Assembly: GCA_031271465.1 (NCBI GenBank)
Contig: JAISVR010000030.1
Coordinates: 7,455 to 71,454, forward strand
Direction: 5' to 3'
Length of the DNA: 64,000 nucleotides
From: Prevotellaceae bacterium
GTDB taxonomy: Bacteria > Bacteroidota > Bacteroidia > Bacteroidales > Paludibacteraceae
The stretch's first letter is position 1. The number at the start of each line of letters is the position of its first letter. Shown here piece by piece: positions 1-8,573 of this stretch. The translations under genes were made by a program, and so were the position numbers. The notes beneath the pieces are model-generated. The model was not told the origin of the DNA. It ran no database searches and worked only from the letters and a program-made list of their open reading frames with translations.

Positions 1-1714
1 TCCTTCCGAAATTCGAGCTCCGCTTGGTACGCTTGGCGGTGTGTCCGGATTTCAGGTGCATTTGGGTGCAACTCGCGTTTATACACCCGGTGATGATGCC
101 GATGTTATGGTAATAATGAATCCTGCTGCCTTGAAAGTGAATGCTAAGAGCATTAAAAAAGGCGGAATAATCATTTTTGATGTAGATACCTTTCAGCCGG
201 CTGACCTCGAAAAAGCAGGCTTCAGCAGCGAAAATCCTTTTGAAGAATTAGGTTTGTCGGAAACCGTTCAATTGGTACCTGCGCCGCTTACTTCACTTAC
301 TAAAAAATCGCTCGAAGGTTTCGGATTGGATACTAAATCGGTGTTGCGCAGCAAAAACATGTTTGCTCTCGGTTTGGTATGTTATCTTTTTGGTCGTCCG
401 ATAGAGCAGGCTGTGCATTTCCTTGAAAATAAATTCAAGAAAAAAGCTGCCGTGTTGCAAGCCAATACTAAAGTGCTGGTCGATGGTTTTAATTACGGAC
501 AAAATATTGATGCGTCGATATCGCGTTTTCAAATAGGAAAATCGACCAATATTGAAAAAGGGCGTTATACTATAATCAGTGGCAACAAATCGACCGCTTG
601 GGGATTAATTGCTGCTGCACAAAAAGCGGGTTTGAAATTATTTTTGGGAAGTTATCCCATCACGCCTGCTACGGACATTCTCCACGAATTGGCTTTACGC
701 AAAGATATGGGTGTAATTACCGTACAGGCGGAAGATGAGATTGCAGGAATTTGCACTGCTATCGGTGCATCGTTTGCAGGAGATTTAGCTGCTACGAGTA
801 CTTCGGGACCGGGTTTGGCTTTAAAATCGGAAGCAATAGGATTGGCGGTAATGGCGGAACTTCCGTTGGTGGTGATTGATGTAATGCGTAGCGGACCATC
901 GACAGGTATGCCTACTAAAACCGAACAGACCGACTTGTTGCAGGCTCTTTATGGACGCAACGGAGAAAGTCCTGTTGTGGTGATTGCTGCAAGCACTCCC
1001 GATAATTGTTTCGACTACACTTTTGCCGCTTCAAAAATTGCATTGGAGCACATGACGCCTGTTATTCTACTTTCCGATGCTTTTATCGGAAACGGCTGTG
1101 CTTTGTGGAAATTGCCGAAATTAGCGGAATTACCCGAAATAAAACCCAATTTCGCGAAACCTGAAATGAAGGGTAATATACGAGTAACTTCGCGTGATGA
1201 AGATACGAAAGTGCGCTACTGGTCGGTGCCCGGAATGGAAGGATTTATGCACCGCAATGGCGGACTGGAAAAAGACAGGGAAAAAGGAGCGATTTCTACC
1301 GACGCAAAAAATCACCAAACGATGACCAATATTCGTCAGGAAAAAATTGACAATATAGTTCGTTTTATTCCCGAGCAAAAGCTGGAAGGAAATCCCGATG
1401 CTGATTTGCTTGTAATTGGTTGGGGAGGTACGCATGGACATCTTATTTCGGCGGTGAACAAACTCAATAACGAGGGCAAGAAAGTAGCTTTAGCGCATTT
1501 CAATTACATCAATCCGTTGCCCGCAAACACGGAAGCATTGATACGGAAATTCAAAAAAGTGATTGTATGCGAATTGAATAGTGGGCAATTTGTGTCTTTC
1601 CTTCGTTCAAAAATAGAAGGGGTTTCGTTTGAACAATACAATAAAGTAGAAGGGCAACCTTTCACGGTAGCAGAATTAACGGAGAGATTTACAAAAATTT
1701 TGGAGGAAAAATAA
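1..1714 (+). CDS. korA: 2-oxoacid:ferredoxin oxidoreductase subunit alpha (5'-truncated by window edge)
   Basis: The reading frame stays open from position 2 (PSEIRAPLGTLGG precedes the GTG at 41), so the gene starts upstream of the window. The ...EIRAP.GT..GVSGFQ... and GSYPITPATDILHEL regions are typical of KorA/OorA-type alpha subunits. The TPP-binding beta subunit follows directly. Confidence 0.9.
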   Translation, partial: PSEIRAPLGTLGGVSGFQVHLGATRVYTPGDDADVMVIMNPAALKVNAKSIKKGGIIIFDVDTFQPADLEKAGFSSENPFEELGLSETVQLVPAPLTSLTKKSLEGFGLDTKSVLRSKNMFALGLVCYLFGRPIEQAVHFLENKFKKKAAVLQANTKVLVDGFNYGQNIDASISRFQIGKSTNIEKGRYTIISGNKSTAWGLIAAAQKAGLKLFLGSYPITPATDILHELALRKDMGVITVQAEDEIAGICTAIGASFAGDLAATSTSGPGLALKSEAIGLAVMAELPLVVIDVMRSGPSTGMPTKTEQTDLLQALYGRNGESPVVVIAASTPDNCFDYTFAASKIALEHMTPVILLSDAFIGNGCALWKLPKLAELPEIKPNFAKPEMKGNIRVTSRDEDTKVRYWSVPGMEGFMHRNGGLEKDREKGAISTDAKNHQTMTNIRQEKIDNIVRFIPEQKLEGNPDADLLVIGWGGTHGHLISAVNKLNNEGKKVALAHFNYINPLPANTEALIRKFKKVIVCELNSGQFVSFLRSKIEGVSFEQYNKVEGQPFTVAELTERFTKILEEK

Positions 1715-2725
1715 ATGGCAGATATAAAATATACCGCAAACGATTTTAAAAGCGACCAATATGTGCGATTCTGCCCCGGCTGTGGCGACCATGGCGCGCT
1801 TACTTCATTGCAGCGGGCAATGGCAGAGTTGGGTGTAGCTCCGCATGAAACCGTAGTGATTTCGGGTATTGGCTGCTCGTCGCGTTCGCCCTACTACATG
1901 AATACTTACGGCTTTCACACCATTCATGGGCGTGGTGCGGCTATTGCTACGGGTGTAAAAGTGGCAAATCCCGAGCTTACCGTGTGGCAAATTACCGGCG
2001 ATGGCGATTGTCTTGCTATCGGAGGAAATCACTTTATCCACAGTGTTCGCCGTAACATTGATTTGAATGTATTGTTGTTTAACAACCAAATTTATGGTCT
2101 AACCAAAGGGCAATATTCGCCAACTACCACCAAAGGCTTTGCGAGCAAAAGTTCGCCCTTCGGTACGGTGGAACGACCATTTCGTCCTGCGGAATTAACT
2201 TTCGGTGCACGCGGAACATTCTTTGCCCGCTGTCTCGATATTGATGTAAAAAATTCGACAGAGGCAATGGTAGCTGCCGCTCGTCATAAAGGGACTTCGG
2301 TAGTAGAAGTGCTGGTTAATTGTATTATTTTTAATGATGGAGCACACGGCTGGATTGCTTCGAAAGAAACCCGCGCTGAGCGTACTATCCAGCTTCGCCA
2401 TGGGCAGCCAATGCTTTTTGGCAATAACAATGAAAAAGGTTTGGTGCTCGATGGTTTTTCACTGAAGGTAGTAACACTCGGCGAAAACGGCATCACTGAA
2501 AAAGATATTTTGGTGCATGATGCTACCACACACGACAGCACTTTACACAATTTGCTTGCCAACATGGAAGGACCGGATATGCCTATTGCTATGGGAGTTA
2601 TCCGCGATGTGGAGGAAGAAACCTATAACGAGGCGGTGCATAATCAAATTACCGAGGTACAAGCTACAACCACTATCCGAAGTTTCGACGAATTGATTGA
2701 TGCGATGGAAAACTGGAATATGTAA
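1715..2725 (+). CDS. korB: 2-oxoacid:ferredoxin oxidoreductase subunit beta (TPP-binding)
   Basis: The ATG abuts the korA stop. The protein has an FCPGCGDH cysteine motif and a TPP-binding GDGD...NNQIYGLTKGQ motif. 336-aa ORF. Confidence 0.92.
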   Translation: MADIKYTANDFKSDQYVRFCPGCGDHGALTSLQRAMAELGVAPHETVVISGIGCSSRSPYYMNTYGFHTIHGRGAAIATGVKVANPELTVWQITGDGDCLAIGGNHFIHSVRRNIDLNVLLFNNQIYGLTKGQYSPTTTKGFASKSSPFGTVERPFRPAELTFGARGTFFARCLDIDVKNSTEAMVAAARHKGTSVVEVLVNCIIFNDGAHGWIASKETRAERTIQLRHGQPMLFGNNNEKGLVLDGFSLKVVTLGENGITEKDILVHDATTHDSTLHNLLANMEGPDMPIAMGVIRDVEEETYNEAVHNQITEVQATTTIRSFDELIDAMENWNM

Positions 2726-2752
2726 GATAATCTTTAACAAAATCTTGACGAG

Positions 2753-2787
2753 ATGCAGACCAACGGGGTTTGCATTTCGTTTTTTTT
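2753..2787 (+). terminator. rho-independent terminator after korB
   Basis: A 9-bp stem atgcagacc/ggtttgcat (one G-U pair) with loop aacgg is followed by ttcgtttttttt. Confidence 0.7.
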
Positions 2788-2824
2788 GTCAATTTAAATC
2801 AATTTCTCATTTCTTTAATTTTTA

Positions 2825-2854
2825 TTTGTATTTCAAAAAACATTTGTATATTTG
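2825..2854 (+). promoter_or_regulatory. Bacteroidota sigma-AB type promoter motif (TTTG-N18-TATATTTG)
   Basis: TTTG at 2825-2828 and TATATTTG at 2847-2854 match the TTTG / TAnnTTTG consensus and spacing. No CDS begins within the next 430 nt. Confidence 0.5.
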
Positions 2855-2866
2855 CTGTGCAATAAA

Positions 2867-3003
2867 CTGAAAATGGAAAGTTGAAAACTGAAAATTAAAC
2901 GAACAACTGTTATTACTTCCATTGGTCATGATTGCTAATTACAGGCTTGACCCGCAATAACGACGATATTTCACTGTCCACTTTCAGTTCTCAGTTTTCA
3001 ACT
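2867..3003. repeat. Inverted arrays of GTTGAAA/CTGAAAA-type heptads flanking an ~80-bp core
   Basis: Left arm is ctgaaaatggaaagttgaaaactgaaaat (2867-2895). Right arm is cactttcagttctcagttttcaact (2979-3003), its reverse-complement counterpart. The core carries ccattggtcatgattgctaattacagg and caggcttgacccgcaat, both of which recur elsewhere in the window. Confidence 0.75.
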
Positions 3004-3094
3004 AAATAAATTTTCCACTAAAAAAGAATATGCAGTGTGTCCCAAAACATATCACTTTTAACAACTACAATTTGCGAGGCTCGCAGATTGTGTT

Positions 3095-3136
<42 letters not shown>

Positions 3137-3192
3137 CGTGCGCGCGTAAGTGTATCGAAAAACAGCAATTTAAAAACATATTTTCATTTTTT

Positions 3193-3233
3193 GCCTTCCG
3201 GTGAAACTCAACAGTTTCGCCGGGAGGCTTTTT
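3193..3233 (+). terminator. strong terminator-like hairpin, plus-strand specific
   Basis: A 16-bp stem gccttccggtgaaact/agtttcgccgggaggc with loop caac is followed by ttttt. Its two G-U pairs would be A-C mismatches on the minus strand. Confidence 0.6.
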
Positions 3234-3284
3234 GTATTTATACAATTTTAATATTCAATATGTTTCAATTTAATTCTTTATTTT

Positions 3285-4526
3285 ATGTTTAAAAATTATT
3301 TCAAATGGAGGAATGTGGTTGCGATAGCAATCTGCCTCGCAGGTTTTACAATGTTCAACGCATGCAGCGACGACGACAAAGGCGATGATGGCAATAATAA
3401 CAATGGTGGTAACGGCGGAAGCGCAGGAATAACTGCCAATAACTGGCAACAGACAGTAAAGAACAGCTACGGTGTAAACCTCAACCTGCCTGCCGATTGG
3501 TCGTTTAAAGAAGGAGCGCAGTTGGGTAGCGGCATTTATGTTACGCAAGACATTCAGTTTACGACTACTGCCGACGATTTCGATGCCACTTTTATGACTT
3601 GTGCCCAACAGGTTTTTAATGCTACAGAAACGGCTTCAAGCCGATATGGAAATTTCAGTGCAACAGCAAGTAATCCCTCTGCAATAGAAAACACGCTTAA
3701 CGCGCTTCCCGTAATGATAGGCACGGTTATTGAACCTTGGTATTTTGCGAAGAGCGATGGCAGGGTAATTCAATGCACGGTAAGTGGTACTTCGGCAACA
3801 AAGACAATCCAACTGTCTTTCATTACAACGGTAGGAGTAATAACCGGTGGCGGCGGTGGCAATCAAGAAGGTACACCTACAGTTGTGCGAAACCTCAAGG
3901 CAACGATGGGCTACGAACAGTTTACAGTTATCTGGGAAGCTCCGACAGGCAACGGAGGAGCAGAAATTACAGGTTACGAAATAACGATGGACAACTGGGT
4001 AACTAAAGTAAGCAAATCGGCAAATGAGCTTTCGCATACCTACACCGGGCTTACCAACGGCAGAATGTACTCTTTCGCAGTGCGTGCGGTTAATGCCAAC
4101 GGCGCGGGAGAAGCAGAAATCAGGTCGGAATACCTGAAAGGACATGTTATCATACAAGGCTTGCCCTTTGACAACCTTGGCATGAGCGTAAATGACTACT
4201 ACAATGGGTTGTATATATACGACTGGAATGGCAGCAGTATCACAACACAGATGCAACTTATGAACATCATACAACAACTCAATTTCGCTAATATCGCTGC
4301 AAATGAGAATCAGATACGCTCAACGGTAATCCCGTTGCAGAATGGAAGCAATCCCGATAACTTTACAGGAACAGGAACTTTTCTGGTGGAACTTTTTGTT
4401 TATAATCCAAAGACAGGAAGGTTGGATACCCGGTTTAAAACTGGCGTTCAATTTGTCAACGGTATGATAACTACGCCTATCAATTTTGACGAAATGACTT
4501 GGGAAAGCGATTTACCTTTATATTAA
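3285..4526 (+). CDS. lipoprotein with fibronectin type III-like domain
   Basis: Signal peptide with lipobox (AGFTMFNAC), then a G/N/D-rich linker. The central segment looks FN3-like (FTVIWEAP...GYEITM...YSFAVRAVNANGAGE). 413 aa. Confidence 0.8.
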   Translation: MFKNYFKWRNVVAIAICLAGFTMFNACSDDDKGDDGNNNNGGNGGSAGITANNWQQTVKNSYGVNLNLPADWSFKEGAQLGSGIYVTQDIQFTTTADDFDATFMTCAQQVFNATETASSRYGNFSATASNPSAIENTLNALPVMIGTVIEPWYFAKSDGRVIQCTVSGTSATKTIQLSFITTVGVITGGGGGNQEGTPTVVRNLKATMGYEQFTVIWEAPTGNGGAEITGYEITMDNWVTKVSKSANELSHTYTGLTNGRMYSFAVRAVNANGAGEAEIRSEYLKGHVIIQGLPFDNLGMSVNDYYNGLYIYDWNGSSITTQMQLMNIIQQLNFANIAANENQIRSTVIPLQNGSNPDNFTGTGTFLVELFVYNPKTGRLDTRFKTGVQFVNGMITTPINFDEMTWESDLPLY

Positions 4527-4545
4527 CATGTTAATTTTTTTACTT

Positions 4546-5553
4546 ATGACTAAAAACAGATTTTGGAGGAATGTGGTTGCGATAGCAATCTACCTCGCAG
4601 GTTTTACGGTGTTCAATGCTTGCAGTGACGACGACAAAGAAGGCGGCAATGGCGGTAACGGTGGCAATGGCGGTCCCGCGGTATTACCAACACAGGAACA
4701 GTTAAATGCTGCCGGAATATCTACAGCGGTGCCGGATATGACGGGAACCCTTATTGCGTCTGATTACAGCGAAGGCATTACACTTAAATGGTCGAATTCT
4801 CAGGAATTAAGTTATTCCGCTATTTGCACCTGGCTTGTTGGTGGAAATGGCTACAGCTACAACGACGAATACGAGAGCGCGACCTATTTAATGTATGAGG
4901 CAGAAAAAACGGTAAACTCCGTTAGTTATGTTGCAACGGTTATCTATTTTATGGAAAATACAAACCTTGGGCAACTTTCAGGCAAGGAAGGTGAAGTGCT
5001 TCTGGTTATTGAGCAGGGAGAAGGCGGGAATGTGCCCGATCCGGACGGGGGATTTGGCGACTACACATTGCCCGAAAACCTGAAAATTGTTTATAAATCG
5101 GCAAATGCCAATGACCAAACCACGGTGATAAAAGTAGGCAATGACTACTACTGCACTGCTCTCAAAAATTCCGGACTTACAAATTCCCTGAATTACCTGA
5201 GATATGACCAAGCGACAGGCACTTGGAACCATTACGCAAGAACTACCGGTGTTGTAAACTCTTCCTGGTCCGATGGCGAACCTGTTACAGCTGAAGCGAT
5301 AGAAAGCCTATTGGCGAGCGGTAGTTTTTACGGTTTTGTTCTCACTTTTGGCAGTTATTTCAATGAAACCGGAACGGATACTTATTTATCAAGACCGGTA
5401 ACGCTTTATTCTAATGGAGGAACTACGGTTTCTGTGGACAATCAGTATGGCATTGTTTTGAAATCTTCCGATACATACGGGCTTCAAAATAAGCAAGTAA
5501 ACGAAATCACTACTGTGGCTGATTTCAGCGGAATTGAACTGCCGAGCAATTAA
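4546..5553 (+). CDS. paralogous lipoprotein, function unknown
   Basis: I prefer the start at MTKNRFW (4546) over the ORF-track start at 4528. The signal peptide and lipobox region (RNVVAIAIYLAGFTVFNACSDDDK) is nearly identical to the upstream gene at nucleotide level. The mature part is unrelated. Confidence 0.75.
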   Translation: MTKNRFWRNVVAIAIYLAGFTVFNACSDDDKEGGNGGNGGNGGPAVLPTQEQLNAAGISTAVPDMTGTLIASDYSEGITLKWSNSQELSYSAICTWLVGGNGYSYNDEYESATYLMYEAEKTVNSVSYVATVIYFMENTNLGQLSGKEGEVLLVIEQGEGGNVPDPDGGFGDYTLPENLKIVYKSANANDQTTVIKVGNDYYCTALKNSGLTNSLNYLRYDQATGTWNHYARTTGVVNSSWSDGEPVTAEAIESLLASGSFYGFVLTFGSYFNETGTDTYLSRPVTLYSNGGTTVSVDNQYGIVLKSSDTYGLQNKQVNEITTVADFSGIELPSN

Positions 5554-5554
5554 T

Positions 5555-5690
5555 TTTCGGAATTATCCCATTTAGGCTTGTAAAGCAAACACTATCCGTC
5601 ATTGCGAGGAGTTACGACGAAGCAATCTCCAATAAGGTGCAACTCCAAGATTGCTTCGTACCTCGCAATGACGGACAAGCCTCAAAGGAA
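5555..5690. mobile_element. MITE/REP-like palindromic element, family 1 (cgtcattgcgagg...cctcgcaatgacg)
   Basis: Internal palindrome: ccgtcattgcgaggagttacgacgaagcaatct ... agattgcttcgtacctcgcaatgacgg. About 75 nt (ttcggaattat..aggcttgtaaagcaaacactatccgtcattgcgaggagttacgacgaa) match the reverse complement of the copy at 39426-39575. Confidence 0.8.
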
Positions 5691-5748
5691 TAAGATAGAA
5701 TTAATTTAAACCAACATTCTAATCAATTCATATTAAATTCAAATAATT

Positions 5749-6144
5749 ATGTCAGTACCCTATGTATTAGTAGAGCGGAAAAATCCGCAAAAGCCCGATG
5801 AGGTACCCAAAGTGTATGCCCAAGCCAAAAGCTCCGGTGAACTAACCTTGAGAAGACTCGGCAAGGAAATTGCCGAAGGTTCAACCACTGTAAGCGATAC
5901 CGATGTGTTGGCAGTATTAAACGATTTGGTTAAATTTATGCGCCGGCATTTAGATAACGGCGAAATTGTCCGTTTCGGCGATTTCGGTTCGTTCCAAATA
6001 AGTGTCAGTTCGCAAGGAGCCGAATCGGAAGAAAAATTCAACGCAGCCCTAATCCATTCCCCCAAGGTAAATTTCCGTCCGGGAATCGATTTGAAAGAAA
6101 TGCTCAATAACCTGAAATACACCAAAGTGAAATCAGAGCAATAA
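5749..6144 (+). CDS. Bacteroidales-type HU-like DNA-binding protein
   Basis: 131 aa. The pattern ...GELTLRRLGKEIAEGSTTVSDTDVLAVLNDL...GEIVRFGDFGSFQIS...VNFRPG resembles the histone-like HU fold family common in Bacteroidales. It is a paralog of 24569-24943. Confidence 0.8.
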   Translation: MSVPYVLVERKNPQKPDEVPKVYAQAKSSGELTLRRLGKEIAEGSTTVSDTDVLAVLNDLVKFMRRHLDNGEIVRFGDFGSFQISVSSQGAESEEKFNAALIHSPKVNFRPGIDLKEMLNNLKYTKVKSEQ

Positions 6145-6159
6145 ACGCTTGCAGGTAAT

Positions 6160-6247
6160 GCAAAAGGGGCGTTCCTTTCGAGCAAAAGGGGCGCCCCTTT
6201 TCTGTGAAAGGAGCGTCCCTTTTTTGCAGGAAGAGCGTTCCTTTTTG
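6160..6247 (+). repeat. four tandem mini-palindromes AAAGG-N6-CCTTT(T)
   Basis: The units are gcaaaaggggcgttcctttcga, gcaaaaggggcgccccttttctgt, gaaaggagcgtcccttttttgca and ggaagagcgttcctttttgtca. They repeat with a ~22-24 nt period directly after the HU-like gene stop. Confidence 0.85.
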
Positions 6248-6322
6248 TCATTAGCGACTGATATTCGACAATGAAAACATTTAAAAATATTAAATAATTG
6301 TTTTAAACATTAAAAAATATTG

Positions 6323-6330
6323 TACATTTG
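6323..6330 (+). promoter_or_regulatory. TAnnTTTG -7 promoter motif (TACATTTG)
   Basis: Exact match to the consensus, 47 nt upstream of the 6378 ATG. Confidence 0.45.
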
Positions 6331-6377
6331 TTCTCCGATTAAGCAAAATAACTGACAAGTAAAAATATTCAATCCAA

Positions 6378-7082
6378 ATGAAAAAGTACATTTTTGCAAA
6401 GTTATGCTTGTTGCTTGCAATAAGTTTTGCCGTAGCAATGTTTACTTTCTGTACCAAGGACGATGATTCGGATGGCGGCGGTAGCAATCGGGGTATAGCG
6501 GAGCCAACAATAACAACCGATCCGGGTGTAAAAATAAACGGTGTAACTTGGGCAACGCGCAATGTTGAGGATGTGGGTACTTTTGCCGACACACCCGAAA
6601 GCCCCGGCTGTTTTTTCCAATGGAACCGGAAAACCGCTTGGAGTGCCACTACTCCCGAAGCCGATATAGCCATCGGCGAGGCGGGCGGTTGGGACAACAC
6701 GGTTCCCGAAGGCACCGCATGGCTAAAAGCAAACGACCCCAGTCCGCTGGGTTGGCGCATACCTACTTTGGATGAAATTCGATCTCTGCTCGACACCGAC
6801 AAGGTAAGCAACGAATGGATAACTCAAAACGGCGTTGTCGGCAGGAAATTTACTGATAAAACAACCAATGCAAGTCTTTTCCTGCCTGCGGCGGGCTACC
6901 GTCTTCGCGAGAACGGAATGCTTAGCAATGCCGGCGTATATGGCTTTTATTGGAGCAGTGCGCAGTACGAAGGTTATCCCGGCACCCATGCTTGCAGCCT
7001 GTATTTCGAAGATAGCTTTGCCGCCAGCTGGCACGGCGATAACCGTCATCGAGGTCAGCTTGTGCGCTCTGTGGTAGAATAA
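6378..7082 (+). CDS. FISUMP (Fibrobacter succinogenes major paralogous) domain lipoprotein
   Basis: Lipoprotein signal (AMFTFC). Family motifs are present: INGVTWATRN, FFQWNR, GWRIPTLDEIRSLL, FLPAAGYR, YWSS. Confidence 0.85.
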   Translation: MKKYIFAKLCLLLAISFAVAMFTFCTKDDDSDGGGSNRGIAEPTITTDPGVKINGVTWATRNVEDVGTFADTPESPGCFFQWNRKTAWSATTPEADIAIGEAGGWDNTVPEGTAWLKANDPSPLGWRIPTLDEIRSLLDTDKVSNEWITQNGVVGRKFTDKTTNASLFLPAAGYRLRENGMLSNAGVYGFYWSSAQYEGYPGTHACSLYFEDSFAASWHGDNRHRGQLVRSVVE

Positions 7083-7108
7083 TCTAAGCCAATCAGAGTT
7101 TTTTCAAT

Positions 7109-7146
7109 AAAAAAATCTTGCCCCAATGAAAGGCAAGATTTTTTGT
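7109..7146. terminator. bidirectional rho-independent terminator
   Basis: aaaaaaatcttgcc-ccaatgaaa-ggcaagatttttt: an 8-bp stem flanked by an A-run and a T-run. It lies between the convergent FISUMP gene and tRNA-Phe. Confidence 0.75.
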
Positions 7147-7148
7147 TG

Positions 7149-7221
7149 TGGTACCACCAGGAATCGAACCGGGGACACAAGGATTTTCAGTCCTTTGCTC
7201 TACCAACTGAGCTATGGTACC
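7149..7221 (-). tRNA. tRNA-Phe (GAA)
   Basis: The reverse complement reads GGTACCATAGCTCAGTTGGTAGAGCAAAGGACTGAAAATCCTTGTGTCCCCGGTTCGATTCCTGGTGGTACCA. It has a 7-bp acceptor stem, anticodon loop CTGAAAA and T-loop GGTTCGATTCC. The CCA tail is not encoded. Confidence 0.95.
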
Positions 7222-7364
7222 ATAGCTTTTTCCTGTAAAAGCGGGGGCAAAGGTAGATAATATTTTCAATTTAACAAGCATTTAAAAAGAATTTTTCTTG
7301 TTTTTTGAAAAATCGCTTATATTTGCGCTATTGAAAATTAAATCTAAAAACCTCTTAACTCTTA

Positions 7365-8489
7365 ATGGAAAATTCGCTCGACACTCCCACTTCGCAAGTT
7401 CGGAACAACATCGTAAAATTTATCGGCAGAGGCTCCGAACTCTTTGCTATCGACTTGGTTAATATTATTCTCACCGTTCTTACTATCGGCTTGTATTACC
7501 CTTGGGCAAAGGCGCGCAAACTGAAATATGTGTTTCAACACACAGAGTTGGCTGGCAGCCGCTTCGATTTTCTCGGCACGGGGAAAGAAATCTTTCGCGG
7601 TTTTATCAAAGCTTTTTTTATCATACTCGGCTTTTATGTGCTGTATCTGATAGTTGTTTTTTTCATTGGCGATATTGCGCAACATGAAATCGTACTTGGC
7701 GTAACTATTGCTGTGTTTGTTTTAGCTTTCGGTGTCGGATTACCTCTGTTTATTGCATACGCTATTTACGGCACCTTCCGCTATCGTGCGGCGCGTACCT
7801 CGTGGCGGGGTATTTTAGCAGGCTTCCGGGCAAACAAGCGCGAGTTTATCACCACTTACCTCAAAGGCTACTACCTTGTTTTCGGTTCGATGCTTTTGTT
7901 CTACGCTCCGGCAATTATTGTTGCCTTTGTAGAACAGGGCAACAGCGAACCCTCTCCTCTCTCAGTACTCGTTATGTTGCTAATGTTTCCTGCAATGATT
8001 GCCATACTGTTCGCTTCGGCATGGTATCAAACCAAACTCTACAAAATTACCTACGGAAATCTGCGTTTGGGAAATTTGCAACTGCATTTCACCGGAAAAG
8101 TGAAGGAATTGTTTGGCATTATGGTCGTTGGGAGCATATTGTCGGGATTGACATTTGGAATTTACCTTTTTTGGTATTACAAAAATCTGTATAATTTCTT
8201 GATAGAAAATTTGTATGCCGAACAAGAGGGCGTACAATACCGCATGCGTTCCAATATTTCGGGAGGCAAAGTGTTTCGTCTCGAAATTGGGAATGCGCTG
8301 CTGCTTATCTTCACACTTGGCTTGGCTTATTCGTGGACATATTGCCGCACCGCGCGTTTTTTTGCCGATAACCTCGTGTTGCCCGAAGGCATCGACCTCG
8401 ACAAAATTGAACAAACCGAACATGGCTACTCCGATACCACCGGCGAAGGTATGGCAGACATGATGGATTTGGGCGGAATATTCTTCTAA
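7365..8489 (+). CDS. DUF898 (YjgN-like) multi-pass membrane protein
   Basis: 374 aa with many TM segments. The LTIGLYYPWAKARKLKY and LGLAYSWTYCRTARF signatures repeat. A TATATTTG motif lies at 7318-7325. Confidence 0.75.
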   Translation: MENSLDTPTSQVRNNIVKFIGRGSELFAIDLVNIILTVLTIGLYYPWAKARKLKYVFQHTELAGSRFDFLGTGKEIFRGFIKAFFIILGFYVLYLIVVFFIGDIAQHEIVLGVTIAVFVLAFGVGLPLFIAYAIYGTFRYRAARTSWRGILAGFRANKREFITTYLKGYYLVFGSMLLFYAPAIIVAFVEQGNSEPSPLSVLVMLLMFPAMIAILFASAWYQTKLYKITYGNLRLGNLQLHFTGKVKELFGIMVVGSILSGLTFGIYLFWYYKNLYNFLIENLYAEQEGVQYRMRSNISGGKVFRLEIGNALLLIFTLGLAYSWTYCRTARFFADNLVLPEGIDLDKIEQTEHGYSDTTGEGMADMMDLGGIFF

Positions 8490-8573
8490 GTCATCTGTCA
8501 TTGCAGGCTTGACTCGCAATTTCCTTTAGAGAGAATACTGGAATACATTCAGTATGACGAAAAAAATAAAAAA

